Assembly: GCA_030295235.1 (NCBI GenBank)
Contig: AP026133.1
Coordinates: forward strand, 186,001 to 250,000
Origin: Fistulifera solaris
Lineage: Eukaryota
Direction of reading: 5' to 3'
Length of the DNA: 64,000 nt
Below, piece by piece: positions 49,767 through 62,061 of the stretch (the first letter of the stretch is position 1; every line of letters starts with the position of its first letter). The notes under the pieces are model-generated. The model worked only from the letters and a program-made list of their open reading frames with translations, was not told where the DNA came from and searched no databases. Position numbers and translations under genes: made by a program.

Positions 49767-50402
49767 ATGTCATCAACACCTGGATCTCGTGTACGTCGAG
49801 GTGGAGTTACTCGTGCATCGACCGGGTCGCCATTGAGAGGAAAACTCTTTAGCAATAGTCATGCAAGTCAAACAGAAGACTCCTCCTCGAAAACCATATC
49901 GCGACTGTATCAGGGACTTCTGCAGTTACGGAAATTTCGCAACAAAGAGAAGCATGATTCTTTACCGCATCATCATCACACGAAAGACAATGTCCATATA
50001 CAAATACCTTTACGCATGATGGTATCGACTTTGTCGATTTTCTTGATTGGTCCTCTGATGTTGTTTGGTTGGCGACAATGGCATCATCCGATTGTCGATA
50101 GTATGGAAACTAAAAATAGCAGCACTACAAAAGTAATCCACAACAATCATGACAAGTTTCCAACGTGGATGGATGAGATTCAGTTACCACCTGAAATAAG
50201 TGACGAAGCTAAGAATGGGACAGTTGTGGTGATATCAGATGTGGACACGGACTCTAGTCGCGAGGAACCGCCAGCGAACGATCCTGTTCTGGAAGCTGGT
50301 AGTCAAGAAGAAGTGCCGGGTTCCCAAACAAAAGAAAAGGAAGAAACAGACAAGAGAAGAGAACAAGTCGAAGACGAAGAAGTGGAGGAAACATCCAATT
50401 GA
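49767..50402 (+). CDS. Single-TM hypothetical protein with an acidic C-terminus
   Basis: ATG at 49767; TM MMVSTLSIFLIGPLMLFGW; no recognised domain. Confidence 0.55.
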   Translation: MSSTPGSRVRRGGVTRASTGSPLRGKLFSNSHASQTEDSSSKTISRLYQGLLQLRKFRNKEKHDSLPHHHHTKDNVHIQIPLRMMVSTLSIFLIGPLMLFGWRQWHHPIVDSMETKNSSTTKVIHNNHDKFPTWMDEIQLPPEISDEAKNGTVVVISDVDTDSSREEPPANDPVLEAGSQEEVPGSQTKEKEETDKRREQVEDEEVEETSN

Positions 50403-50501
50403 ATTGAGAAAAACGCCTTCATACTAACAATGTACAATATAGACAGCATCTACTACTGACGAGTGTATCTTTATCATTGACATAATTAAGAGTTGCTTAC
50501 T

Positions 50502-53116
50502 CTACTTCTTGAAAGAGCGAGCCAACTGAATGGCATCATCCATGCTGGGAATGAGGGGCGCCGTCTTGATGAACGTTTTGGCCAAAGCCAGACCATGTCG
50601 TTCGCACTGGGCCCGGATATCTGCATCTTTAATACTATCCAAATCTTCGACATGAGCAATCCCGACAATACGACGTAACATTTTCATACCGGCAAAGCCC
50701 AATGTATCCGCCAGTAAATCTTTCATGAAACTTTGCTGTGCGCGTGCCACGGCTTCCGGTGAATGCAATGTGTTGCGACCGTATACGAAACCAGTATGCG
50801 CCGTCGGATCGTTCCATAATTCCAAAAATTGACGCTCAAACGCCGCGTAAAAGGTAACAATCTGTTCCAAGATCCATTCGGCGTAGTCCGGACCCCGATG
50901 GGGGTGACCCGGTTGTGCGACATATGCCAAGAACAAATTGGCCACAAAGGCACCCGTATCAAACCCCATGGGACCGTAAAAGGCGAATTCGGGGTCGATG
51001 ACGTACGTCGCTTGAGGAGAAGGCGCGCACATGACGGAACCGGAATGCAAATCCGCATGAATCAATGCTTGTGTTGAACCGACGAATTTGTGCTTGTAAT
51101 GCGCCGCGGCGTGTTTCAACTCAATGTCTTCTTCAATCGCCTTTTTCTCATCATCGAGTTGCGGACTGGTCCAGCGATTGTTGGTGGCTTCCATGTACGG
51201 CTCGGTAAATACCACCTGTTCGGTCAATGCACACATTTCGGAATTAGCACTCCACATTTCTACTTTGGCACGCAATTCGGTCGTACTGAGAGCAAATCCA
51301 CTCGTCAAAAACAACGTTTTCCCACAAAAAGTACCCATATCCACCGCCATGGTGGGATAACGAATCCCTTGAATCAATCCTTTGCGCAATATAATATGAG
51401 GAGGTTTCAAATATTCCATCACAATCAATCCATTCGGCTTGGAAAAGTGGTACAAACTGGGAACAAATTCGGGACAAGCCGCCTTTTGTGCCGCCAGCGC
51501 TTGATATTCATAATACGCTCGATCCAGCGTCAATGGCCACGATTCCCCGACACAACGAACGTAGGGGAGTGATTGCTTCACAATCACCTGTTTTTCCGGT
51601 TTGTACTTGTTAGTGACAATGAACACCAAATTCAAATTCCCATCCCCCACTTCCACACATTCCAAGTCCTCCGGTTCCACGGCTTCCAAGATTTCCATGG
51701 CGGCCGGCGCATTTTGTGTCAAATACAGAGGCAACGTTTGTACCGTTTGTTCCGTGTAGTCCTGTGTGGAAGGTGCCGCAACGTCGGTTCCTTTCGATTC
51801 GACAAATCGTCGTACATCAAACGTGCCGTCCGCATTTGGATGCAACACACCTTTTCCGTGACAATACCGGTAATATACTGCGCCGGCGTGATATCAAACG
51901 CCGGATTCCATACGTTCATATCGGCCGGTGCTTGACTCGTTTGCACGAATTCGTGGGCCGGTCGTTCTTCAATGACACACTCTTGGCCGGCGGCCGTGGT
52001 CACATCAAGCGTGGTAAATGGTGCGGCCACATAGAATGGAATGTTGTGGGCGCGGGCCACCAATGCCAATTGGTACGTCCCAATTTTGTTCGCGGTATCA
52101 CCATTCGCACACACCCGATCGGCTCCCACCACGATCCCGTGCACTTTATGTCGTTGACAGTAAAAAGCCGCCATACTGTCCGCAATCAACGTCGCTCCCG
52201 GCATTTGTTCGGCTTGCAATTCAAAGGCCGTCAATCGCGATCCTTGATTGTACGGCCGTGTTTCCAACGCAATGATTGCTGCTAAGCGTTGTTGATCGCG
52301 GACCGCCCGGACAATGCCCAAGGCGGTTCCGTACAGTGCCGTGGCGAGGGACCCCGTATTGCAAATGGTCATGAGGGTGAGTTTTTCGTCGGAAGAGGAG
52401 TGTTTGGAGAGCAATTCGTGGGCACCATACTGTGACAATGTTTTATTGTCTTGGACATCCCGTTCGAGCATGAATTCGGCATGTTGTGTCACCGCCTGCA
52501 GCAAGCGTTGTCGTGCAGTTGTTGTGTTTGTATCGTCTTCGTCGTCGTCGATCATCACCATGCGATGACACACGTCCCGCAATTCTTGCACGGCATTGAA
52601 TAAATTGACCGCCGTCGGTCGGGATGTCATGAGAAAGTCCAATTTGGTTTCCAACAAAGCCAAGAGTGCTTCTGCATCATTCGGATCAAGTTGATCAAGT
52701 TCACGGGTGTGTGTCTGCAAATCGACCGCCAATCCCAATACGGCGACAATCGCAATTAACGGAGCTCCTACGAGAAGAAGAAGAAGAAGAAGAAGAAGAA
52801 GAAGAAGAAGAAGAAGAAGAAGAAGAAGAAGAAGAAGGAGAAGAAGAAGAAGAAGAAGAAGAAGCAGAAGCATAAGCAGAAGATTAAAAGGATGAGAAAC
52901 GACGTTTCACGCGACAAAGAGAGAGACGCTCGCATTCTCTTCGTACGCACCACGAATTTGCATATCCCGAATGGCGGTCCATGCCGCCTGTACATCTGAA
53001 ATTTCAATATACACGCGTTCCCCGGGCAACAACAATTGATTCAAGACGTGCAATTTAGGGGGTGTGCCCGGTTCGTAGATCAACGAGCGCAACAATTCCG
53101 TCGATTCTTCTGTCAT
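50502..53116 (-). CDS. mtnA-mtnK: Fused methylthioribose-1-phosphate isomerase (MtnA) and methylthioribose kinase (MtnK); intron 52768-52950; 1-bp frameshift near 51852
   Basis: MtnA motifs MQIRG|APLIA, SRPTAVNL, TICNTGSLAT, ETRPYNQGSRLT, GADRVCANGDTANKIGTY, NPAFDITP...IVTEKG; MtnK motifs EVGDGNLNLVF, VKQSLPYVR, HADLHSGS, IDPEFAFYGP.GFD, RRIVGIAHVED. Confidence 0.92.
52773..52864. repeat. (GAA/TTC)n microsatellite, about 30 units, intronic
   Basis: Near-perfect GAA run with one GGA interruption, ending just before the intron acceptor on the minus strand. Confidence 0.95.
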
Positions 53117-54295
53117 TGCTAATTGTTTGTTAATGAATGAGTCCAAGTATAGTATAGGATTATTATAGTAGTAGTATACTCGTCTTCTTTTGGGTCAAGG
53201 AAAGAAGAAAGAAATAAAGACGCGAAGAATAATAATATGAATGCAATGCGTGTTGACAAAAAAACGCATCGGAGGACCGTTGGTTTTGTCCCGGAAACTC
53301 GGGAACGAACATGTGGACTAAACACGTTTTACTATTAAACATCAAAACCATAAAGCGGTACCGGTACCTACAGTGTTGCGATTTATTACGGGGTACTCCG
53401 GAGTACGGAGTATTATTTTTGACTTCTCTTGCAACCAAAAAGTGATTGCTGTAGTGCTCAATTTGGAGTTCTTTGTGTGAAAACAACCCTGGAAACGTCT
53501 TCCTTTACTGAGCTGGAGGATGACTTGATGATGATGAAGAAGAAGAAGCAAAATGGCCGGCCGACCTCCCTAAGAGGATGAGCGGGTCATATCACTGGAA
53601 TGTAGTCGTGGTGAAGTTCCGCCTAAACACTCTAGAGGAACGATAGTGCGAGCGGCAAACAATGCTTCAGAGAGGGATTTTGGTTTTGACGCACTGAAAC
53701 CGTGTTGCAATGCACCAAAGGGTAATAAAAGTAGAAAAACAGATCATAAGCTGGCAGAATAAATGGAGGTTGTATAGAGGCCTTCGTTTCGAAGCACTTG
53801 GATTCATTCATGACTAAAAATAATTGCAGTCGTGATGAAAGGTCACCGACACGTTTGGGATGTTGTTTGGCCGTATTTTCATAATTTTCGGCGCTGTTCA
53901 TTGTTCATACTCTTTCATTTGTTGAGGAAGAGTGGATGAGGGAAGAGACTTTGTATAACAGGCCTACAAATATTAAAAAAGAACAATTCTACCGAACGAC
54001 GAAGGATGCGATGGTGCAACATTCTGTATAGCTTACACTCCAGGTACAGGTAGCTTTGTTTTTTTTTTTTGTTGTCGAGTGTCGAGGCGCGGGGGAGATA
54101 CGGAACACGGTTTAACGAGTAGTCATGAAACATGATCAGCGAGCGGGCATAGCTCTGAGTCAGTGGGTGGATGATCGGAACGAAAAATCAACACCCTCAT
54201 TATTTTTTATTATTTTCTCGATACCTGGTACAAGGCTTTGAAAAGCCAATGGAAGACAAAACAATTATTATCAGAAGAAAGAGTAGAAGTAGAAA

Positions 54296-55234
54296 ATGAA
54301 CCGACCTATGATTCAGAGCTATCAGCTATTGTTACTGTGCTGCTTCTTGTTTCGACAACAACTGGACGCTTTTCTTTTCTCAAAAACACCGACAAGGCAC
54401 CGGTCGTCACTTTCGGCCACTGAAAACAATGTGCCCGATGAACAACGACGGCAAACGTGTCAACGAATTCTTGCCAATAGCATCTTTTGGACTCCACCAT
54501 TCATCGCCCACGCAAGTACCACTACTACTAAAGAATCTTTGAAATCGCGCGTTGAAAACAATTTACTGACACCACCGTCGTACGGTTTAGAGGGCGCCGA
54601 TGTGTATTATCCAACTTGGTTTGAAGGCAAATGGACCGTCCAATCGTCTCTCACTTCTGTCGAAGCCCCGTGTGGGATTGCTTTATTTGGTGGGAATCGC
54701 ACGTGGGAGACGGCCCAACGCGAACTATTGCAGGATCCGCCGTTGCAATACGAGGCGCGGTTTGTTCCTATCCAGCAAAATCAAATCATTGCCGATCGGG
54801 AATTCAATGTCCGGTCGATGGCGCAAGCCGTCATGGGACCCCAAAGTGTCCTCGACATTCCGTTCGTGACGCCTAATAAACTCACCTGCGTCTTGGCACC
54901 GACGGGAGCATCCTCACCCTTTCAGGTCGATTTGATGACCTTGCAACGTCAACAAGAAAGGGTCACCGAACAGCAATTTGATTGCAGTGAGGTCTCACGT
55001 GAAATCATTACGGCCATTGGTTCTTCTACCACCCGAAGTACCGTGTTGAAAGAAGTAGAAACCATTTCGTTGTATTCGTACCAACCAATCACACAATCCA
55101 TAACATGTCAACAACGGTCGGCCAAATTCATCTTGCCATCCCAACAAGATCCAACCGCCTTGCGTCTGTGGCAAATGACGGGAGGGAAACCGGTAGATGT
55201 GCGGCATTATACAGTTACGTATCAACGAAACTAA
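54296..55234 (+). CDS. Putative thylakoid-lumen protein (DUF6816-like)
   Basis: Signal peptide with LDAF motif, then RR...AHA (Tat-like); DVYYPTWFEGKW, ADREFN and E.SRE pattern recalled for DUF6816. Confidence 0.6.
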   Translation: MNRPMIQSYQLLLLCCFLFRQQLDAFLFSKTPTRHRSSLSATENNVPDEQRRQTCQRILANSIFWTPPFIAHASTTTTKESLKSRVENNLLTPPSYGLEGADVYYPTWFEGKWTVQSSLTSVEAPCGIALFGGNRTWETAQRELLQDPPLQYEARFVPIQQNQIIADREFNVRSMAQAVMGPQSVLDIPFVTPNKLTCVLAPTGASSPFQVDLMTLQRQQERVTEQQFDCSEVSREIITAIGSSTTRSTVLKEVETISLYSYQPITQSITCQQRSAKFILPSQQDPTALRLWQMTGGKPVDVRHYTVTYQRN

Positions 55235-55291
55235 TGTCAACTTCAAAACTACGAAAACTAATTGATGATTCGAATGTATCTACCTGCCGTC

Positions 55292-58200
55292 TCATGGCGT
55301 CATTTGTGGCGACGACACATGGACCGAGCCGGTCAATTGTCCTCCATTCTTCAATTTATTCGGATGCACTTCGACTGTTTGATTCACACGGATCGTCGTC
55401 TCGTCGGTCTCATCTTCTTTTAAATATTGAATAAAACCAAATCGGGCATTCACGTCGACCCACGGAAACACGTGACGGTCTTTGGCGCAATCAAAGGAGG
55501 CCAGATCGTAGTCTTTGGAAGTCCGAACAAATTCGACTTCGTCGCTTAACGGACTCCAATGATGCGTACGCTGAATGGCACCTTCGCCAACGGCACACTT
55601 TTTCAATACACGGCCGTTTCGATTGTGGTGATACACGGGATAGCCGACGGCATCAAAGACGTGCACCTGGGAGTCGTGCAATGCAGATCCGCTCTGTTTG
55701 GTCAACAAATTTGATATCATTTCCAATGACTCGGGTGTAGTGTGCTTTTCAAGAACCCCTTTCAAGGTGCAAGTGGGAACATCGTCCAAGTGCTGAGCCT
55801 CGCGCCAGAATGCTCGGCATCCATCGGCAAGGAAGGATTGTGCCCCTCCTATTGTTTTGTGAAACTGCGATGAATCCAGCAACGAGTTCAAGGCATCAAG
55901 GATAAAGGACGAGAGAGCCCGGCTAACATAGCCTTGTTGGTACTTGAAGAAATCTTCGCACATGACGATCAGCCGCTGGATTTTCTTCTCCATTGCTGGA
56001 CCGTGAAACGATCCGTTGGCGGCCGAAAATAAGAGTTGACGACATACCAGCCCACCATTCGTCTTGGAAAGATAACTCTGTTGTTTGGGGGATCCTGAAT
56101 AAAGCATGGACTCTGCCATTAACACGTTGGCACAACCCTGTGAGTATCCGAGTAGACCAAAGGGTTTCTTCATTGCTACAGCGGCTTCAATCGCCTCTTC
56201 AATGCGGCTCGCATTGTACTCGAACGAACGCGCCGTTGCCGTGTCCGCTCGTATGACTTCCACACCTCGCTTATCTTTCAATCGATTAAAAGCGTTTTGC
56301 AATTCCAAACCTTTCTTCCCCTCGGTGATAACGCCCATAGCCGAAACAATGACAAAGTTGTATTTTCCGGGTCGGTTGGAGATCAGTAGACGAACCAGAG
56401 GGTCAGACCGTAACTTTTCTCTGTCTTTTTCTTCGTAAATGGTAGCATCAATAATTGCATCCACAATCACCTGTTCGCGATGTCGCTCGGGAGCCATGAA
56501 TACATCATCAACTTGTTCCCAATCATTGGCCGATTCTACGACAGGGGTTTGGGCGGGCGAAAGATTCCTACCGCCGATGCGAAGGGCATTTAACCTGCAA
56601 CAAAGGGCATAGTGAGATCACTGTATAGACAGTACTTCTGTGTTGAGATTTCTAACGAACCATCTGCGAGTGTGATCGGTATTTTCCATGACATTATCAA
56701 ACATAGATTTGATCATCAACGCATCGTAATTTCGTTTGTAAAAGGATCGAAACCAATCCACGTGGAAGGCATGTTTGTCGAGGGCAAGAACTTTGGCACA
56801 CTCATCAAACGCTTCCTGATAGGTAGCTATTGTTTCGGCATATTCCCTGGAGAGTTTGGTCTTTTGTTCATCTTTGATGAGTGACCCTAAAACCGACTTT
56901 CCAGCTTCGTCCGCTCGAGCGATTAAAGACTGTGCTTTTGCCGACGCACTAATGACTTTCGCTGTGTTTCGATTATCGCTATCCTCTAAGATTGGTTCGG
57001 CAATTTGAATTTCTGCTTTAGGCTTCGGTAGAGGATCAGGTTCTGCTTTATGTCGTACCCGCTGTACATGCCCTTTCAGGGCCATGTAAGTTTCTGCGTC
57101 GTCCAAAATACTCTTGGCAACAGAGAAAAGAGCTTCGTAGTAGCTTTGTCGAGCCCAGCGTCCGCCTGCCATGTAATCTTCTCTTCTGGGCATCTTGAGG
57201 CCGGGGAACCATGAATCAAGCAGGTCGTGCATATCGATCTGGTGGCTGGTTTTGAAACTTGTTTGGTCAAGTTCCAAGAGAGCCATGAGCGCTGAAGTCA
57301 GATTTCGCGCAGAGCCTTGTCCGCTAGGACTACCGATTTCGGCGAGAACTGCAATGGCGAAAGACCGCGGCTGACTACAGATAAGATCCAAAAGCATTCG
57401 TTGATTCAATTGAACGACTGTCGACGACTTCATCACAGACGTCAGTCCAGCTTGCAGTAATGTCGCTACGTCTTGCGGACCTAGAAGCGAGTCACCCAAT
57501 TCAAATCGTTCGCGGCTAGTATCCGATTGGAGAATCAACGTATGGGGCACCTCGTTTTCCATGTAGTCATCTTCTTTTGCGGCCATTTCAGCAGGAGTAA
57601 CCATGAAATCTTGTTCCTCGTCTACTGATTCCATCACTCGCTTTAAACGTGTGTCGAGAGCCTCAACTCTGTGTCGTCTCAGTGGACCAAATATAGAGAG
57701 TGATCGTGACTTCGATTTCTCACTAGCTGATAATCTAGAAACATGTGAACTCGATGAACCGGAGGCATAGTGTCGACGACGATTGCGCTTGGTCGTATGT
57801 GTAATATTTGCTCTGTGACTACTACGAGTCGCCTCCCCTAAAAAAAACTGACAGGAAGAAGCTCTGCGGCAGGAAAGAAAGACCGCCGTAACTCTCAGCG
57901 ATTTCCAGCACTTTCCTTTTGATAGAATAAACATATCGAATTCTCCTAAGGTCCTGCGACTGCCAGTCTGTTGGGTTTCGGGATTGAAGTATAAATTCAA
58001 CCTGTTTGAAAGTCAAATAAGGTGCAATCTGACTAACAAGTCCCGAGAATTCAGGATCCAGTGGGAGAAGTGGTTTGTCCCGTAGTGTGCTGTAGAGTTC
58101 AGAGGCAGATGGTATACCGACAAATTTTTCTGCATGGTAGGGAAGTTCAGACAAAGGAAGTACGTGTTCCTCGATAGAATGCGGTGCTGACATTGCTCCG

Positions 58201-61200
58201 AGTGCCACCGACAGCCAACGAATAGCCCTATCGAACTCTGGTGCCCATTCATCGTATTTGTCAATGCTATCACGTAGGATTTCCTTGACTTTAACGACGT
58301 CAAGTCCTTCACCTTCGACAACTCTTTTCACAATAGGGAGTATCTGATCAACATCTTCGACACCACCAGTCAAGAAGAGGCTAACAAGACGCGACATTTT
58401 ATACATAGGAATCGCATGCTTCGGGTCCGAAACGCCTTCCTTGTCCAAGATCTCTTTAGCTCTCCATATTTCCTCCAAAACCTTTTGTAGTATATTATGC
58501 AAATCATCACTGACAATCTTAATTACTTGGAGTAGTTTAGTCATCGTTCGCTTGTCGTGTAAGACATCAAGAATGCGGCTTGCTGATTCTTCGTCCGGAG
58601 AAACAAGTGCGTTAAAAAACTTCCAATCGTACAAGCCTTCTTTGTCTTCTCTAGATGTTGCCGCTTTCTTGATACTGATGCCTCCAACGGACGAGACATG
58701 AAAAGAAATACGACCTTGACGCAATGGAGCAACAAGGATTGCAACTTGTTGTTTGTTTTCCGGAAGTGCGTCTTCTGGAGATTGGCCAAGAGATGTAACT
58801 TGAAGGATGGGTGAAAGACCTTGAAAATCCCATGCTAACTCGCATTGGGTCTTGCCCTCAAAACCCATGTCTACGACGCTTTCAATAACGTCAACAACGA
58901 ACGTTGATTCCGATGGAAATATGATTCTTCGGTGACCAGTGGATATCGTGTACTCTTTCATTTTTATTGAGGCCGTAGAACCCGAAAAATCAATCTCGTA
59001 GGCTTCCAATGGATTGAAGACATTTGGTCCAGTGGTTGAAAGCGCCCCACTGAAATGTTGTGGACGAAGATGGGCACGAAGCGACCCAGATAACATGCCA
59101 TGTAAGTTTGTTTTGAGTTTGACTCCGTCGAAAATATCCAGCTCAGGAAACTCTTTAACCGGGCCTTCGCTTCTGATGTGTAAAGAAGGAGCCTCGAAAT
59201 CAGCAACAATTCGTATCCCATCTTCTACCGGTTCATGGCCGGTCGAACCCATACTACTTGCAATCGAGTGATCTTCAGTTTTTTCCATACCACCCAATAC
59301 ATGAATACGCATCTGGCCTTTTTCCAACTTCGGGAGAAATAGTGTTTGTCCGTCATCTGAGTAGCTCTCACTTTCGGGTGGAATGAAAATGTTCTGAATG
59401 CCAAAGTGAAAGTCCGTAGCTGGCAAATGTCGCAAAATATTTCGCTTCTTGTTCATTTCTTTCGGATCTAAAACTGCTTTCTCGCGTGCACTGATAGACC
59501 CGTAAGCATAAATCGTATCCAAGATGCTCGTCACCATGGTACCCCCATTCAACATGGGATGCGTAGCGCCCACCGACACTGTAACGGCATCCAAACTAGA
59601 ATTATCTTGAACATCAAACACGTAATCGTACTGAAGCAAACGGAGTTCGTCACGGAATCCAGCAGACTCATTCGGAAACAGCAGTATACTGGCTACTGAC
59701 GGCGAACCGTCTGTTTGTAACTCGGGGTGACTGAAGGAAGATATTCGCTTGCGCAGTGGCGTCGGTTTTCGAAGCGGTAAAAGCTCTCCGGTCTCATCGA
59801 TATCCTCAGGGCCTACCTTCCAAATGGCAAAACTACCCCGTGCAGCGACTTGACTTGCTGTACCATTATTAGAGTCTTCATGCCGAGCTGACATTTTGAG
59901 AATGTGAAACGACAACTTTTCCGGGCTTACAGTTCCTTTCGCAGCAAACTCCAAAAACCAAGGAACCATGGAATTGGCATCGAACTGTGTCGTTTTCCTC
60001 GCCCCACCCCGCATGTCACTTTCCGACGGTTCGACGTGTGTCGTCCACGAAGACATGGAATTGACCGTCATATGATCTCGCTGATGATTCGTCAACATGG
60101 TTGGATCGGTTTCTGGACGATTTTGTAGACCGTGCGGATCTCTTCCCAAACCAATTTCCATGGCCACCGCCACCCCACCCGGTAACGTGACATCAACACC
60201 CACGGCGGGAGGTGTGGCCACCATTTTGAATTGCACATTCCACGACTCGGCCATATGAATCAAGGCTAGAGCAATCTTTTCTTCGGCAATGTTTTCTCGT
60301 CGCAATCGTGCCGATGCCAATGGTTGCGGTGTTAACAAGAACTCGAGGAGTGCGTGCGGATGAGGAATAATGACCGTCGGGAGTGTTACATTAATGAAAG
60401 GAATGGGAAGGAACCCAAAGAGAAGCACGTGTCCACTGAACGACAGTGAAAGACGCCACTCGGGAGAATAGGGTCCCTTCTTTTTCTTTCCCTCCTCCCA
60501 ATCATCTTCCCCCATAATAAGAGACGATTTTCCTTTGTACACGGGAGTGATCATAATTTTGGAAAGGTGAATTTGGCATTTGCTTTCGATAATCCACAAA
60601 CATTTTTCCAAAAAAGACGAAACGGAAATAATGAGATCAAAGAAAAGGCGGATGATCTGTACGCGGCGCAATTTGGGCACAAATTTATCTTCAAACAAAG
60701 TGGGAAAGTGAATCAATGTGGGTGCCACATTCGAGAGCGGCAAGGGCGGATCCAAGACCAGGCCGGCTTGTTTCACCATGGGCTTGGAGCGGAGTACGGT
60801 TTTGACATCCAGATCTTCTTCGGTCGAGAATCCATCACTGCCCACGACGATGGAGGCGGAGACACGACCGCCGCCTTTGGGCACGAGTAACTGTAATTGC
60901 GGTCTTGACGCATCCTTGTCCAAGGGAACTTCATGACGTCCCTCTTTGAGACGCAATCCGGCTTCGGCACGGACGGCATGAATCAAATCGGGAGTGAGTT
61001 GATTCGTCAATAGTTCGACATGCGAAGACGAAAGGAGTGGTGCAAACGAGTCGGGTAAATCCGTGCTCGTCGGAGCGAATGGAGCGGCCTTTTTTTCTTC
61101 ACTCGATTCTTCTTCCGAAACATCTTCATGATCCAGCTCTTCCAGCGGCACATCTTCCACCAAAGGATTATTATTATTGTTATCATCATTATGATTTCGT

Positions 61201-61540
61201 CGGACGACGCGGAGCGATCGAGCCTGTTCACGCAGCGAGTCTGTCATGTTGGCGGTCGAAATTGATGATTCGGTTTTGACCACCGTTTTGTGTTTGGAAC
61301 GTTTTTGGTTCGAAGAGATATCATCCGGTTGAAAGAGAATCGAAATCGCCGGCCGTTTCGGCAATTTCTTGAGCGGAACCGGAGGAGGTCTCGAAAATGC
61401 CCGTAATTGTACAAATATGAGGCTGAGTAAAACAACAATCGCGGCAATGAGGTAGTTATCCGCATGGGGAATATCTTCCAGCAAAGGATCGCAGCGACTT
61501 GGTCGAAGGGTGACGGCAAGTTGTGATGCGGCAGTATCAT
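55292..61540 (-). CDS. Very large (~2000 aa) membrane-anchored protein with a C-terminal alpha/beta-hydrolase (lipase-like) domain; intron 56595-56670, frameshift near 57840, start uncertain
   Basis: N-terminal TM; long ORFs joined by one homopolymer shift and a gttcgt...tgcag intron; LLGYSQGCAN nucleophile elbow, HDSQV and RTHHWSPL. Confidence 0.75.
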
Positions 61541-62061
61541 ATTTTGCGGTGTGTCTTTTTTCCTTTCTTTGACTCTTTCTTGTGCTGATTGCTGTCTCTT
61601 TTCTTATATCAATGACTGAAGAATCGCACTATTATTATTGCATCTATCAGAATGTCATTCTCCGAATGCTTTTTTTTTTGGTTGTTTCCGTTTTGTCATC
61701 GTATCAATACCTGGTAATGATCGACATCAGAGACGTGTGCCGATTGCCGGCGCGAGCAGTGAGCAAAGACGCTACTCATGTGACGTCACACATTACAGTA
61801 CGAAAAGTAGCAAGACGAAGGGAAACAGAAAAGGTAGATACCGGATGATATTCATAAAACGTGATGACGGATTGGACTGAATTACCCGCAAATTTCGTTA
61901 CTGTACCCGTACAAAGTATTCCACGCTGGGTGTGCGGCCGTATCTTTTCTCGTTTGCAATCTTTTCTTCTAGCTGTACAAGTAGCAGAAAAGCCATTGTG
62001 GTTCATCATTTCCTTTATTCATATCAATTAATATAAGAATATCGACAACAACAACAACAAA

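Noticed and set aside
52666..53007. Poly-E, poly-R, poly-L and poly-F ORFs
   Set aside because: Translations of the intronic GAA microsatellite
46454..53116. Biosilicification cluster (RXL peptide precursor near mtnA-mtnK)
   Set aside because: Proximity only; NIP7 and another gene intervene, and there is no evidence of co-regulation
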